From the NCBI GenBank assembly GCA_964199315.1, contig OZ116698.1:12214001-12278000 (forward strand): a stretch of DNA of 64,000 nt, given 5' to 3'. A program made the position numbers and the translations under genes. Below, one piece after another: positions 36,801-49,715 of this stretch. Source of the stretch: Orbicella franksi. Its lineage: Eukaryota. The notes beneath the pieces are model-generated. The model saw only the letters and a program-made list of their open reading frames with translations, was not told the DNA's origin and did no database searches. How positions within the stretch are numbered: the first letter of the stretch is position 1; each line of letters opens with the position of its first letter.

Positions 36801-39800
36801 CTGAAAAGCATAAAATTTTTTCCGTCCGCAATACGCCGGAGAAATTTGAAAACACCGTGACAACAATTACCGGCGACAGAAACGCTTGAGTGTACCCTTG
36901 AGGGTTAGGGTTAATCACATGATTATCGCTATGTCATCGTTTTCGACGAAGATCCGAAGGTCCGTTTTCAAAATGAAATGTTTTCCATTCACACTAAAAC
37001 GCAAAGCCGCCGTTTTCGAATTCCTCCGGTTTGAAGAGCGTTTTCGAGAAGCTGCGTTTTCGGAGGACAGTTTCTCCAGATTAGAGTGGACGGCAAGTCT
37101 AACCGTATAAATAATTAAAGCTGCATTTCGTCTCCTTGAGGCCTTATGTGCCACGAGGCACAAAGAAGCTAGGTAACAGGTAACAGGCATTTCGTCTCCG
37201 GCGTAGCGTTGACGGGGTCTAAGTGTGCAATCTAGTTTGCGCGTATGCGTTGGTTGCTTGGAGAAATGGACAAGTTTTATTGTCAAAGAGAGTGGAAGGG
37301 AGAGGTGATCTTGAAAAAGGAACAGTAGTGACCGCTATTCCATCGTAGTCATCGAAGCCGCTATGGAATACTCACCAAGACCATATTTCACTGAGATTGG
37401 TGACCTAAGAATCGGTCCCAACTGCTTGGGGTCTCCAGCGAGTACCAGTTGACCCCCCCTTGGATGATTAGGGTCCAGGAGATCCGCTACCGGGATGATG
37501 CATTCGGGTTCTGTTGCATGCCCTGCCTCGTCTATGAAAATATGGCTGAAATGATCACGAGGAAACATTGCCGAGACCAACCTGAGAAAATAAGTGTGTA
37601 AATACGATACATCATGACTTTCGTTATTCAATTGGCCATTTCCGAATTACCTTTAGCCTCTTTCTCAAAGCGAGTCTTGGTACCGACCTTTTCGTATGAA
37701 AATGAGATTTTATTCACATTCAAATTAAACTCATTTTCATATGAATGGTTGTGCACCAAGCCTCGCTTTGATAGAGAGGCTTAGGTCAACTAGGAAATGG
37801 GCTATTCATTTTATTTTATTTTAACCAATTTTGTGCGGTACAATCTTATTTTTGAAGTAAGGCCATTTTAAGAAGCCACGACTTAATTAACCGCTGTGAA
37901 CACCTTCACCACTTACCTTCCTGCGGTGATCAGAGTGGTGACGATTATGCGATAGTTGGCCATCAACTCCTCTCTCGACGGGTAGAATACGTCATGTGAC
38001 ACGGGGTCAAAATTCACCACTCGGGCGTCCTAATAAACACAGCATGATATATTAAAACTGACGATGATAATTCGCGGAGTCTGATTGGCCGAAAACCAAT
38101 GTTGGTTTCTAAACTGAGTCGAGAGTCGCTAAATATCGCTCTTCCAACAGCGAAATCAGTTGCCCAAAAATTATGTATATTGAGGTAATTTTAAACTCTT
38201 TCACCTGCCCACAAACACAACACAAGGCAAGGCAACGCAGCGCAACGCAACGTAACACAAGGCAACAGTTTCGTCAGAAGCTAATCATAAATTGCATAGA
38301 TGTCTTGATGTACCACCACATTATCAGGAAATTACACTGTCACAGAAAGAAGAATTAACATTTTGAAGTAAAAGAAATTTCACCTTTAACTTTTGTGGCA
38401 CAAAGTCCCATGGTCTGGATGCAGCGTACATCCGGAATAATTTGCTTTTATCCACGTGAGCCAATAAACGTTCAGCCAACAGGTCAGCGGCACTGTTTTC
38501 AGGCGCACACGCAAGAATGAAACTCGAATCGATAAGGATGTGTACCTGCGTGTAAGAAAGAACACAGGAAGATACGTTTGGAGAATAAACGCGTGAATTG
38601 CCCACTTGTAACATCTTTAACGTAACCAGTTCGTGATTTTAGTTACGTTTTTTGAAACACGTACAGCACGATACGAATTAAATTCCACTGAATGAAGCAA
38701 GGTTGCTTCAAATGCAACCTCACTGCAGTACACGAACTGAAGTTGCTGAGTAACGCGACCCATCCTGATCAGGACCAAACTCTTGCGCAACTTTTATCTC
38801 TGATTGAATTATTACAACAGAAACCCCTCGGCATCTCACATTGTAAACGAAGATTACCCGACGACTGTCCGATTACCCGATTGCACCATGTTTATCAGCC
38901 GCGGGATTCAGGCTCATGTTCTAGAATCTTAGACAACTATAAATTGCGTAATGTTTAGTGTTTTGATGTTAAAGGAGGATTGGAAATGCCAAGAAGTACT
39001 ACTGACTTGTTTGATAGCTTCTACCAAAGTAACAGTCTTTCCTGTTCCAGGAGGTCCAAACACCAAGTACGGAGCAGGGCGTGACGACCCTGACAAAATC
39101 TTCTGTACTGCCTGCTGCTGTTCACTGTTCAGATTGGGATCGTAGAAAGATCTGGAATTTGAAGTAACACCGATTACTTCACGCATAATTTTGAACAATG
39201 TAACCCTAAACGTTTTCAATTTTTCAAATTTTTAACTTGCCTGACTGTCTTATTGATCTCTCCTCTCTGATCGAGACTCTGCTCTTGCGGGAAGAGAACA
39301 TGGCGCATTTCCTGTCTGGTTACTGCTGTAATCTGCTCACATGCCCGGTGTTCCATCTGTACTGGAAGCCGATTAAATGTGAATTGGATGTCATATTTTT
39401 GCCCTTTCACATACGGCATGCTAGAGAGAAAATACAAAAGTGACAACAGTTTCGTGTTTGTCATCGTTACGAGAGGTACAAACTCTCCAAACAGCCGCGC
39501 CGCACGCCGGACTCTTCCCTCTCTGGAACAGCATAATTATGTGCTTCCACCTGTCCCATCAAACGTAAACAAGGGGAATAACGAGTACACCTGGAACAGT
39601 TTACACAAAGTAGCATTTAATGGCTACTCGGGAGCTTCTCTCCTCTTGTCGCTGGCCAAAAACCACGAAGGCTCTAGGAACAATAAGTACAGTACTGCCC
39701 TATACCTGATGTAATGACATACGTACCTTGTCAAATCAAACCCAAGTTTTACATTCAACAATTGAACCTTGTGCACGATTCCTTCGTATCGTCGCTGTAG

Positions 39801-42800
39801 CACGCCTGGTTGGTAAGCAAAGATTCTGTCACCACGTAATACGGACGGGCGGTTCTCAGCAAGACCTGGTACCTAAACCATTAATGAAACGTCACTCCTA
39901 TAAGATAACAAAACTGAATCCAGCAAAAATAATTAGGATCCATAATCTATCCGACGATAGCCTTTAACGCTGGTGCGTTTTTGTATGAACAGCGTACGCC
40001 TCAGAAACTATGATATTTTTATATATAAAGATTTAAAGAGACAGTATGAAACTAGGGCAAATAAAGTGGGCGTTACTAAAATCATTTATTGCTTTCGCCT
40101 CTTGTAGGATATTTGACTTTGGTTACGTAAAGAGACTATTACTTTTCTTCGTTATAATGTGTACGCGTATCTAGGATTTAAGAGTTTGTTGGACTCGCGC
40201 CGGGCAAGGTCACGGAGACCATTATTAAACAACTTACACCAAAATTGATTGTGAACTGATTCAGTGAAGGGAGCTGGCCTCCAACAGAAGTAAGAATGCA
40301 GTAAAGAATATTCTGTTACGACTGACGTCCCTAACCGGTGGCTAACCTCTAAGATGAGGAACCGTCTGTCTCTTCCTTCCTGCTGAAAATCGACCCCTTT
40401 CATGTCATAATTCCTGATGTCCCTCTGCATTTGAAGCTCTTCTATATGCAGAAGCATACTGAACTTTTCTTGGTAGTTGTCGAAATTCAACTTCTTTTCC
40501 AATCGCTCCCTAATTAAAACCAATAAAAGCTATATGTGAGTCGAAATGTTCCTGCGCTTTTTGGTTCCTTTTACTGATAGAGCACAGGTCACGTTTTCTT
40601 ACTTGCGACGCTCGCGTCAACTGAATAATCCATCGATTTTGTTAGCTCCGTACCGCATTTCTACTGGAACTGGTTTGGAGAAATTTGGAGAAAATGTGAT
40701 TTCAGATGGCAGTTCAGGTCATGACTGATCGCCTTTTGGTCGGGGACACCACCACCTTGCTTCGAGGTGCCTTCCCTTCCCTTCTCCTCCCTTCCCTTCT
40801 CTTCCCTTCCCTTCCCTTGGAAGTATCACAGACCTGTTTCTGTATTGGAAGGTCTGTGGGTTGAGGTGTTTTTCTGTAACTTGATGCTACCAACACTGAG
40901 TCGAATAAGTAATATTCGAGAGAAGGAGGCGGGTTCAATGATGGAATGAGCCTTCCATCGCCTTATCACTATTTCCTTTCTACACTCGCTCACGTTTTGT
41001 ACTTCTGATTACTTTTTAAGAGAGGGGCATTTGCAAAGCTAGACTTGGGTCTGTTACTTATTTACGGAACATCTTACCTCAGTCCCTCTCGAACTTGATT
41101 ACTCTTGACAACCTGGGCCTTGACAGTGAGAGGAATTTCGTAAGGGTTTAGCTTTTGCATGAGCAAACCATTCTTTGTTAACCTGCAAGATACGGCCGAT
41201 CGACCAAAATATTTGAACTCAGCTGGAAAAACGCATACATGCAGCAAGTCTTATCTGACTCACAGGCTTTCCAGTCTAAGCTTGGATTCAGTGATTCAGT
41301 AGCTTGTCAAGCGAATTTATTCCGTAAAAGTCAGATATCATCGTTACAGCTGGCGATGCTATTATTTTTAAGTGTTTTTACTTCAACTTACGGTGGGAGA
41401 GGTATGCCTCGTGTGGTCACGACATCCCTGGGAATCTCTGGTGCCCGCTGGGGAGGTCTGTACTCGGAGGTCTGTTTCAAATCATCGTACAAGTCGCTAA
41501 CGATGCGCACGGACAAAAATCTCAGGATGTGAAATTCCTCCATGCCGTCTTCAGTCTCGAACGTGAGTACACCAGGAACGTAAGAATAGCCATACTCCCT
41601 GCGGCGCTTGCAGCCGATCCTGAACCTACTTTGACAACCTGTAGAGGATAAATAATAAAGTTACACTCCAACAACAACAACAACAACAACAACAACAGTA
41701 ACAACAACAAGAACACCAGAACAGAAAAGCAATGAGAGCGACAGCAACAGTGACCATGCCTGATGCTGTATGATTGAGACAGACGTGTATAAATGTATTC
41801 AAAATCCGTAGAGCTCTCAAGGAAATATCGTGCAAACCCAACCAACATTCCTGAGTATAATTTGTATGCTTAGTTCGCCTACAAGTACTAGAGATGACAG
41901 TTTAAGAAAGGTTTTTTGTGCTTGATTCAATTTTGCACCAAACCGCCATTAAACTAAAAATCATGATACTCCAGCGATCAATGACAGAAACAAGCTTTCA
42001 TAAGCAGTGACAGTCATGACGATTTGGTTTTCTATAATCCAAGAAAACATAGTATCCTCAGTGTTGTTAATGTTGTTCCTTACTCTGTTCTTTTGAATTG
42101 AAGTTTTAAGGAACAAATGTAGTCGCTAGCATTAGTAAAATTCAAGCTTAAGTAAGCCACGAATTACCTGGAAAGAGCTGACCCTCACAAGGTCCAATAC
42201 GGGAAATCTCCGAGTAATCAAAGAAATTGATGCTCCACAATAGAGTGATGTGCTTCAGAGTGATTATCTCGTCGCTGGTGTTTTCTATGACCAGCACTAT
42301 CTGGCCATATTTCCCGCTCTCAACTCTTAATTCTATCACTCCATTTTCGTCTCCAATGGGATCTGAAGTGAGTTTTATCCCGTGTTTGTCAAAGATAAGC
42401 TCTGGTCTGTATGAGAAAAGAGAATGCTTAGTTTGGAATCTGCCAGGAGCAAGAAGGTCCTGAAAATTGATATATGTTACAGAGAAATGTCACAGAGAAG
42501 TGTTTCAATGCCCGCATCGAAATCCAGATTCTTTACATGATAATTATTTGATTTTACTGCCAAAATAAATAAAATTTAGGAATTTAAAACCATGGTTGAC
42601 TTGATCAGATACATTTTTTATTGATCTCGGTCAACGGTAGAAAATTTAGAAATTAAACATATTTTAGTAAGTCAGTGTACACGATACAAATCCTGCCTTC
42701 TGTTTTGTAATCAAGAGAACTAGATGCCAAAACGAAACTAGAAAGCATAAACTTGCTGATTAAAGAAGGATACATTTAACCTAGTCTAACATGTACCAGC

Positions 42801-43456
42801 ACATTCGTCTACTGAAAACTGTTGACTGTTGAAGTGTAGGATAGGTCTAGTTTCGGAGCCTTCATAAAGAAATAGCGTTTCAGAAAGTGATATTTCCCAA
42901 CCGATCTACTTAAGGAGATTATGACAAATCGAAACAGAAAATGATCGATTGTTAAGATGTTCAATACAAAGTGCAGCTAGACTTACTTCTGGAGTGATTT
43001 TCGAATCTTTTTGAGGATATACTGTTGGCGATGTTTCACACCAGCCATGTGAGTCCTGTAAGCGTCTGCACTCCCAAGATCCCTTTTGCAAACCTTGCAG
43101 TGATAAGCTCCATGCCTCGTAAGGCTGAAAAAATCATCTTCACCTTCCGATTCCTCGTCACTGGGATCGTCATTTAAGAGTTGAAGTGCTGCGGCATCTC
43201 CACCTCCAAATATAACACGGTCTTGAAGTTGCTGGCACATGTTAAGATGATAAGTAAGTGTGTTGAGAAGTTTGGAGAATGACATACCCAGTGTATCGTA
43301 CGACAGGCGAAATTCTTGATAAATTGCCCTCAACTCGTCCACAAACATGTTTTCCTTACGCTTTCCGTCTTCCAGAAACTTGACAAACGTCTGGGCTATG
43401 ATCTTCTCTTGGTCAACAGTCCTCCGGCCGACTTTCATTCGCCTAACACGAGACAT
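33888..43456 (-). CDS. MOV10: MOV10-like UPF1-family (SF1B) RNA helicase with an N-terminal C2H2/matrin-type zinc finger
   Basis: 16 phase-consistent coding exons: 43456-42987, 42406-42168, 41638-41392, 41182-41078, 40509-40347, 39872-39727 ([15 protein letters not shown]), 39420-39241, 39151-39007 (GPPGTGKT), 38545-38384, 38029-37917, 37581-37376 ([13 protein letters not shown]), 36727-36544 (SLLERL..NYRSH), 35813-35582, 34978-34796 ([10 protein letters not shown]), 34548-34460 (RFNVAITRA), 34215-34100, 33958-33888 (PEWTRHE*). One more listed segment than 16 appears because the final two short exons are counted separately; the total as listed is 17 segments. Confidence 0.94.
35950..36350. 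mobile_element. Interspersed repeat with a terminal imperfect hairpin, in a MOV10 intron
   Basis: aataaaacaattattagatttggttttgtgatattcagaataatcaaggtc pairs with gaccttgattattctggatatcacaaaaacctcatccaataattgtttatt (~36200-36348). Confidence 0.65.
36750..37102. mobile_element. PIF/Harbinger-like MITE in a MOV10 intron
   Basis: ttaggccccgtccacac .. gagtggacggcaagtctaa imperfect TIRs, TAA/TTA flanks, internal gaaaacg/cgttttc motifs. Confidence 0.6.
37632..37808. mobile_element. Short MITE-like repeat in a MOV10 intron
   Basis: ggccatttccgaattacctttagcctct .. agaggcttaggtcaactaggaaatgggc inverted ends. Confidence 0.65.
41667..41712. repeat. (CAA)n microsatellite
   Basis: caacaacaacaa.. located in a MOV10 intron close to a splice acceptor. 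Confidence 0.9.
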
Positions 43457-44983
43457 TTCGTCGAAGGCCTGCAACGGGAGTGCGATACTACACGTAAATT
43501 GAGTCAAATCGATACTCACTAACAAAACTGAAATGCAGAGAACTCCTTTTTAAAACTTAGAGCATAAATTTGCTACTCCTTTTGTTACTATCTATCCATC
43601 TGTATTGATGTAAAAGTAATTACACGCCTTAGATCGTAGTGGGAAGAAACTGGTTTTGTCGACAACTCGTTTCGTTTTCTTACTTTCATTTCTTGATAAA
43701 CTTGACTCGTCATTTAAGACGGAGGCTCAGAATGTACCACCCTTAGCCAACCTTGCGACTTACCCTGATTGAAATTAAATTAGACATTTGATTATTGTTA
43801 ATTTATAAGATTTATAACAAGTTACAATGAGAGTAATAAGGGAAAGAGAAGAAGTAAGAACAAGGGTTTCAGAGACCGAGGTTACTATAAACTGAGAAGA
43901 TAATTAGGAATCAAAGCCTGACTCGCTCACCAATCAGAACATCAGACAAAGCGCGAACAGGTTTTCCGTGTTTCTCCTCGTCCGTCAAGATGATATGGAA
44001 TCACAAACTGGCGGCCGGATTAAGAACATTGCTTTTCTATTTTCACTAAATCATTTGTTATACAGTGTAGTGATGAGATCACAAACTCTGCATCGACAAA
44101 GCACTGCCTCGTGACTTCAGCTCAAATTGGAAACGGTTACAAGTTAAAGAAACTGTCGGAAAAAAACCCCAAGCAAAGGAGTTCAAGAACAACTGAGAAA
44201 CAAGCCACACATATACACCAGCACTTTCACTGCTGGTGTGATGGGAAACCTTTGTCTAGTAGAATATACATGTAGACCGGAAGTAGAGAATTTGCATAAT
44301 CAGGACTATTTTTTGCAGTCTTTGGTTGATATTCTATATTCGGAGGATAATTCATCAAATAAGAAAGTCGCGAGCACACGCGTTCAGTCTGGATCTCTAG
44401 GTCTTGGACCAGCAACTGCAATCGACAACATGACCAGTTTCTATGATGTATGTAAGGGAGGAAAACACGTCGATATAATCAAGGCTCTTCGGGGACTATT
44501 CTCGGAAAACTGAACCGATGATGTAATTTCTCAGAAACGGTGTTTCAAATGTGAAAATCGTGTTTCAAGTAAAGCACTACGTAAAGCTTCATCTAAAAAA
44601 TGAATAAAATCCTAAAAACATTGTTAAAAACATTCGAGTTTTGTGTCCTTAACGATCGACGAAGGATCAAGCTAGAACAATTGAGGAGTAAGATAGTTGC
44701 TTGTATAATCACTATGGATTATTGCTGTATACATCAGTACCCTTGAGGATTTAACACAAGAAGAAATTTCTTACTTAATTACTCAGCACATGTGCACTAT
44801 GCAAGATTTTCACACATTAACTCACCTGGCAATGTCGCCGTCTTCGACGATGAAATTGTAAAACTATTTCCTTATCTCAAAATAGTTTTCTTAGTATCTT
44901 TAGGCCTATTATGTCGGATTTCCCGGAAAACAGCCTCGCTATGACTATTGGATTTCCCGGATGTAGACTAATTAGTTCTGTCA

Positions 44984-45564
44984 AGGGACCGATCGTTTAT
45001 TACGTCCCAGGAGGGAGGCGGTGGTTTACGAAAAAGTGTATTGTTTCAAAAACTGAATCCCCCAAATATTTTCAGAAAAAAATTATACCCTACTTCCCAA
45101 TTCTTATTTTAAAAATGTACCCGCCTCCTGACGAGGCCATAATTCTCTCCTTCCGTCCTTACACATGCAGATTTTCATCTTGTTTATTCAATATGAAAGG
45201 AAGTAGGAGATAGGCCAGCACGGACTAGCTATGTATGTGCTATGGGAAAGGGGCGGTTATTACTGCGTTTCTGATACAGTGGGCTCATTAATCCTGGCAA
45301 TATTTGTTCCCTGCTCGGGGAAATGTTTCTACCTCTAATCCCATTCTCGCTTCAAGAACAGCCAGCGAGAAATTTTCCTTTATTTACAGGATTCGGTTGT
45401 AAAACCTGCTACACCAATGCTATTTTGTCATAAAATTTTACACCCCTCACGTTTCTTACTGGTGAAAAATTTATCCCTCAAAAGGGGCTTGTTTTAAAAT
45501 TGTATACCCCCTCCAAAACCACAGCCACCCCCCCCCCCCGGGACGTAATAAACGATCGGTCCCT
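44984..45564. mobile_element. 581-bp non-autonomous DNA transposon with perfect 24-bp TIRs
   Basis: agggaccgatcgtttattacgtcc (44984-45007) and ggacgtaataaacgatcggtccct (45541-45564). No coding capacity. The TSD is imperfect (caa/taa). Confidence 0.85.
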
Positions 45565-46016
45565 AAAGTCTCTTGCGATTCACAAGTGTTAATTAAATGT
45601 TTTTTTATCGGCTATTATTGATTGTGAGGAATGCATTATAACTAACACCTGGGAAAAATGAACTATCACTAATCATACCTTGTTTCTGGACTGTTTGCAA
45701 AAGCAGGAAGCTAGGTAGCAGATAAAGTTTCAGTTAAGTCGTACGTCACGTAGTTCAGTGAGAGTCTACATTTCCCAATCCTTTTTCTGTCGTCTCGTTC
45801 CCTAACTGTAACGAAGGCTCGGAAAACGATAATGCAGATGTAAAGGATATTAGGTGCCTTGGCCTGAGATACGATGAGCTTTGGTTCTTCTTCTTCCTGA
45901 AAGACGAGCTTGTTGGGCTCGTCACGCAACTTTCCTCCTCCTAAAAAAGATTGCGTGACGAGGCAAAAGGACCTCTGGTCTGCCTTGGAAGTTATTCGGA
46001 AAAGATGTATGGATTT

Positions 46017-46031
<15 letters not shown>

Positions 46032-46052
<21 letters not shown>

Positions 46053-46132
46053 TCAAGTTCCTTTTTTTTTTGGCGTGTTTATGGGCTGAGAAAGAAAAAA
46101 AAGAACGAGGCTAATATCCAGCCATCTTGACC
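46032..46132. repeat. Short inverted-repeat element
   Basis: gtcaagatggctggatattgg .. ctaatatccagccatcttgacc. Confidence 0.7.
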
Positions 46133-46599
46133 GAACAAGCTTGGTTAGTAAAGGATTTACACGAAAACTGAATAATCTATGTACTTGTTTATCTTCAAGG
46201 ACTGAAAGAGAAGTCAGTTACATGCAAAAATCAATGGTGCGCACACTTTTTATCCTGATTGGGTGAATGCAGAAATACAATCATATGATTGGTTTACATT
46301 TTTGTCGCGTACGAAAGCACTCGAAGCAAATTCGAAAAGGTTTTTGAACCTCAAAAATGTCTCAAAATGGCTTAAATTTTCAGCATATAAGTTCGAAAGA
46401 AGGTTTAACCAAGAAAGACATTCATTCCATTTGGCCGTGGCTTTCGCCGATCCTCTGGCGCTTCGAAGAATTATTGCTCGGCTGTGTGGCGCTGCAAAGC
46501 TGCCGGATTGGAGGTCGCAGATTCACTACAGTCAAAGAGCTTGTCTCACTCGGCCTCTGTCAGCTCACGGGCGGCTTGTGGTCTGTTCCCTTTGCTATG

Positions 46600-47062
46600 T
46601 AGCCTACGCTGGAACACGCCTCTTCACCAGACTCCTTCACGCCGGATGGCTTTGCTCTTCGCCGCTCGCGAGAATGCTTAAGGGTGAGCCTGCTCGCAGA
46701 CTATTTGCCATGTTCTACAAGTTGTCAGTGTTTAGCACTTACAAAGTTCTCTTGAGAGTTTGAAGTTGTCTCCCCCAATAATATTCAGATCTGAACCTCT
46801 TCCGTTCAAGGAGCGTTGAAGACTTCATTGAAAAGACGTCAAACTAACAGGCTCGTACTCTGTACCGCCTACTTTCTTCACGGTTTTGAAAAATTTGCAC
46901 AACAGCAAATTCAATTCTTTCTCAGGTATGTCACACAGTTCCCTATGCTCGTTTTCTTGTAAAACAAAACTGCTTCCATGCCTTCATGTCACTTTCTGTT
47001 TCTACTTTTGTGTTTGCCTTTTTGTTGCAAAATAGGCCTAAATTCATGAAACTCGTCAACAT

Positions 47063-47094
<32 letters not shown>

Positions 47095-47259
47095 GTTTCA
47101 GTTTTCTCGTTTTCCAAATCCATTGATACATAGCCTGCGAGCAGGCTCACGTTGGAGCACAAGCACGAAATCGCCTCTTCACCAGACTCCTTCCCGCCGG
47201 ATCGCTTTGCTCTTCGCCGCTCGCGCGTGTGACTCAAAGCTGAGCCTGCTCTCAGGCTA
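46600..47259. repeat. Two direct copies of a ~105-130-bp MITE-like repeat (46600-46703 and 47131-47259)
   Basis: Shared core cgcctcttcaccagactccttc.cgccggat.gctttgctcttcgccgctcgcg..gagcctgctc.cag.cta. Confidence 0.85.
46704..47125 (-). pseudogene. Decayed Crypton-like (DUF3504/ZMYM-QRICH1-KCTD1-type tyrosine-recombinase element) N-terminal fragment
   Basis: Joining frames gives ..ANTKVETESDMKAWKQF..ELCDIPEKELNLLLCKFFKTVKKVGGTEYEPVSLTSFQ*SLQRSL..FKLSRE. This matches the LxxFFxxVRKxDGxEYEPxSL motif of CryptonA-type proteins, with frameshifts and stops. Confidence 0.72.
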
Positions 47260-48140
47260 ATTGATACAGAGACCACAGGAAATCTTTAACTGTCACGGAA
47301 AATATTTTTCACGGCACAAAATTGAAATCACGACAGAAAACTTTGGTGAACCGGCCTCCGCTGCGGAGAAATTTTTCTTCCGGGACACGGCACGTAATCC
47401 CGAGCGGGCAAGACAACTCCATCCTGCCCGCTCGGGTAGCCAGTCAGAGCGCAGGATTTGGTTCATCTTGCCCGCTCACGGAGTTAGCCATTAAGTTGTC
47501 CAGTTAGCCAGGATTGTTATTAGTTATTTTGATTCGATCCTATCCGTCAAACTGCTATTGTGGCTATTCATATCTTCCGTGTGGAAACTCGGCTCGGAAA
47601 CTAGGACCTGTGTGGAGTTGGCTTTGCGTGCCGTTCATTTCGATTACCACTTCCGTACCGTTAATATGTACTTATTTTCTGAGTAGGAGCGGCGGACGGG
47701 AAATATTTGACTCTCGGTCAGGACGTATGGACCGAGCGCAGCAAGGTCCATGCATGCTGACCGAAACCAAAATATTTTCCCGCCCAACCCGACCTCACTC
47801 AGTCAATAAGCACTGATTTTCTCATGTGGCCAATTTTTTTAAAATTTTATTTTGTGGACGTCTTCGTTTGTGAGGTTGTTTACTTTCCTTCAGCCGGAGT
47901 AAGTTGGCAACAGAATAGTTCTGCATCGGACAGTTCGCCAGTGTAGTAAATTCTGTCATTTCCTTACTCATCGTGAAGAAAACGAAATTTTACAGCAACA
48001 AAGTCATGTCTGTCATTAACTGGCATCAATTTTAGGAGCCGTAAGGCGTTTTTCCGGCCCTGTCACTTTGACGCGTACGGACCTCTTTTCTTATGATTTT
48101 CCAAGGAAATAATGCGCAGGCCCGTACGGGTCATATTATA
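47260..48140. repeat. Cluster of nested interspersed repeat fragments
   Basis: CpG-rich motifs cccgagcgggcaaga..ctgcccgctcggg, ggaccgagcgcag..ggtcc and gcccgtacgggtcatattataa, recalled as coral repeats. No coding signal. Confidence 0.5.
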
Positions 48141-48245
48141 ATTGTAGTGATTGCTCCCATCTCCTCTGCGGGGAAATAGCAATATAAGAAACTTATAACT
48201 TATTTCTGTTGTCCCGGAACGAGTCCACCCGTTTCCTGAGAACTT

Positions 48246-48566
48246 GGGTGTTTTCTACTATGCCAAAGATTTCGGAAATTTCGGTCGGAAGTCAAATGGA
48301 AAGGTCCGTTTCGGTTCTTTACGACCGGAATATTCGGGTCAACCTCTGGAAGTGGGTCACTCTGACCTGTCCGACTGGTCCGACCGAAATTTACCGTTGC
48401 ATTTTGACAAACCGGTTCATCACTTCACTTATGTAAGGAATTCGGAAAAGGAATAAAAAATGGTAAGAGTCATTTCCCTTGGTTGGCCTCAGAAAATGTC
48501 GTTCCATTTTCCTCGGGTATTCCCAATGGTCTCTGACCGGTCGATCTGGCATGATGAAAAGCACCC
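48246..48566. mobile_element. Harbinger-like MITE
   Basis: gggtgttttc .. gaaaagcaccc termini, with internal ttcggaaatttcggtcgg repeats. Confidence 0.65.
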
Positions 48567-49715
48567 TTTGTCTTCTGAGGAAACTGCTGGACATGGAAAT
48601 TAAGGTAAGTCTTCCGGGAAGTATGCACATGCATGCAACGAATAAGCTTGTTTTATCGACTCGCGACAGGCAAAATAACCTATCTTCCTTTGCGTATTTG
48701 TTTCTCCTGCCTAGGCCCTGCCGGCCAACGAATGAACGGTTTTAGACTAGGATGTCATGTTGTGAATCCCCTTTTCAACTTCTTTGTACAGGAAAATACT
48801 TGATTTTTCGGATGTTAATCCAAAAAAATAGCAAGTAGTGACAATAGCTTCCCGAAAGCAGTGACAAAAAAAAAAAAAACGTCCAGGAAATTCGAAAGTA
48901 ACGATTTCATGTCTTTTGGGACTTTAAGGTGGGTTATCGGAGCGGAAGACAGAACACATACAGAAGCACGTGGAAAGCGATTTGACGTAGTGAATTTGGA
49001 TGAAATTTTAATCGGAATCAATCGAATTCCTAAAAAGGAAAAGTGGATTGAGCCTCTTCTACAAAAGCCTAATCACCACGGACCCAAATCTAGAGCAGAG
49101 TCAAAGTCCACTATCGGCCTTCTATATCATTGCACTATTTATTGAAAAGAGTTGGATTACGTTAAGGGCTCAGATTTTTCCTTTATCCCACATTACAGAC
49201 ACATTGAACATTGTATCTTAAACATGTGATGGATATTATTCTTCGCTTAACAGAATTTACAACTCAGAACTAAGATTCAGCTTCCCTATGGTTTCTGAAA
49301 CCTTTCGTTGAATTTTTCAGTTACAACCCCGCGTTTCGCTTTCGTTCAGAACAGCACTGAAAGGATATTGACTTATTAAAAATATATAATGCATCATCCT
49401 ATGTAGAAAAGATTTCTATTCCAAAAGTACAAAATTTCATAATTCACCGAGGTCTCGTTATCATATTATCGCTCCATCATTGGTCAACTGACCCAAGTGA
49501 ACAAATTAAAACACGCCTCCGATCACGAGGATTGACGGCTCAGCCAGAGGTAAGGGCGTACTTGAATAATGCAAGAAAGTAAGAGGACCTCCTACAAACA
49601 TTTCCTGCACAATTAATGAAATTCTTTTAACATAAAGATGTAGGAATGAAGTCAAATAACACGTTCTGCCCGAAACGTTCGTTTGAGAAGTGTTTTGATA
49701 TCACCTCCAAGATCT

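Noticed and set aside
41522-41848. Minus-strand ORFs with poly-Leu or poly-Cys resembling a TM or metal-binding segment
   Set aside because: These are translations of an intronic (CAA)n microsatellite. The true MOV10 exon (41638-41392) is in another frame.
44238-44513. 91-aa plus-strand ORF with faint death-domain-like wording
   Set aside because: The resemblance is too weak to support and no partner exons were found. It may be an orphan exon but cannot be called.
45711-45929. 72-aa minus-strand ORF
   Set aside because: No recognisable family and no supporting splice partners.
46263-46763. 166-aa plus-strand ORF
   Set aside because: It runs across repeat fragments and the antisense of the Crypton remnant, with no coherent protein signature.
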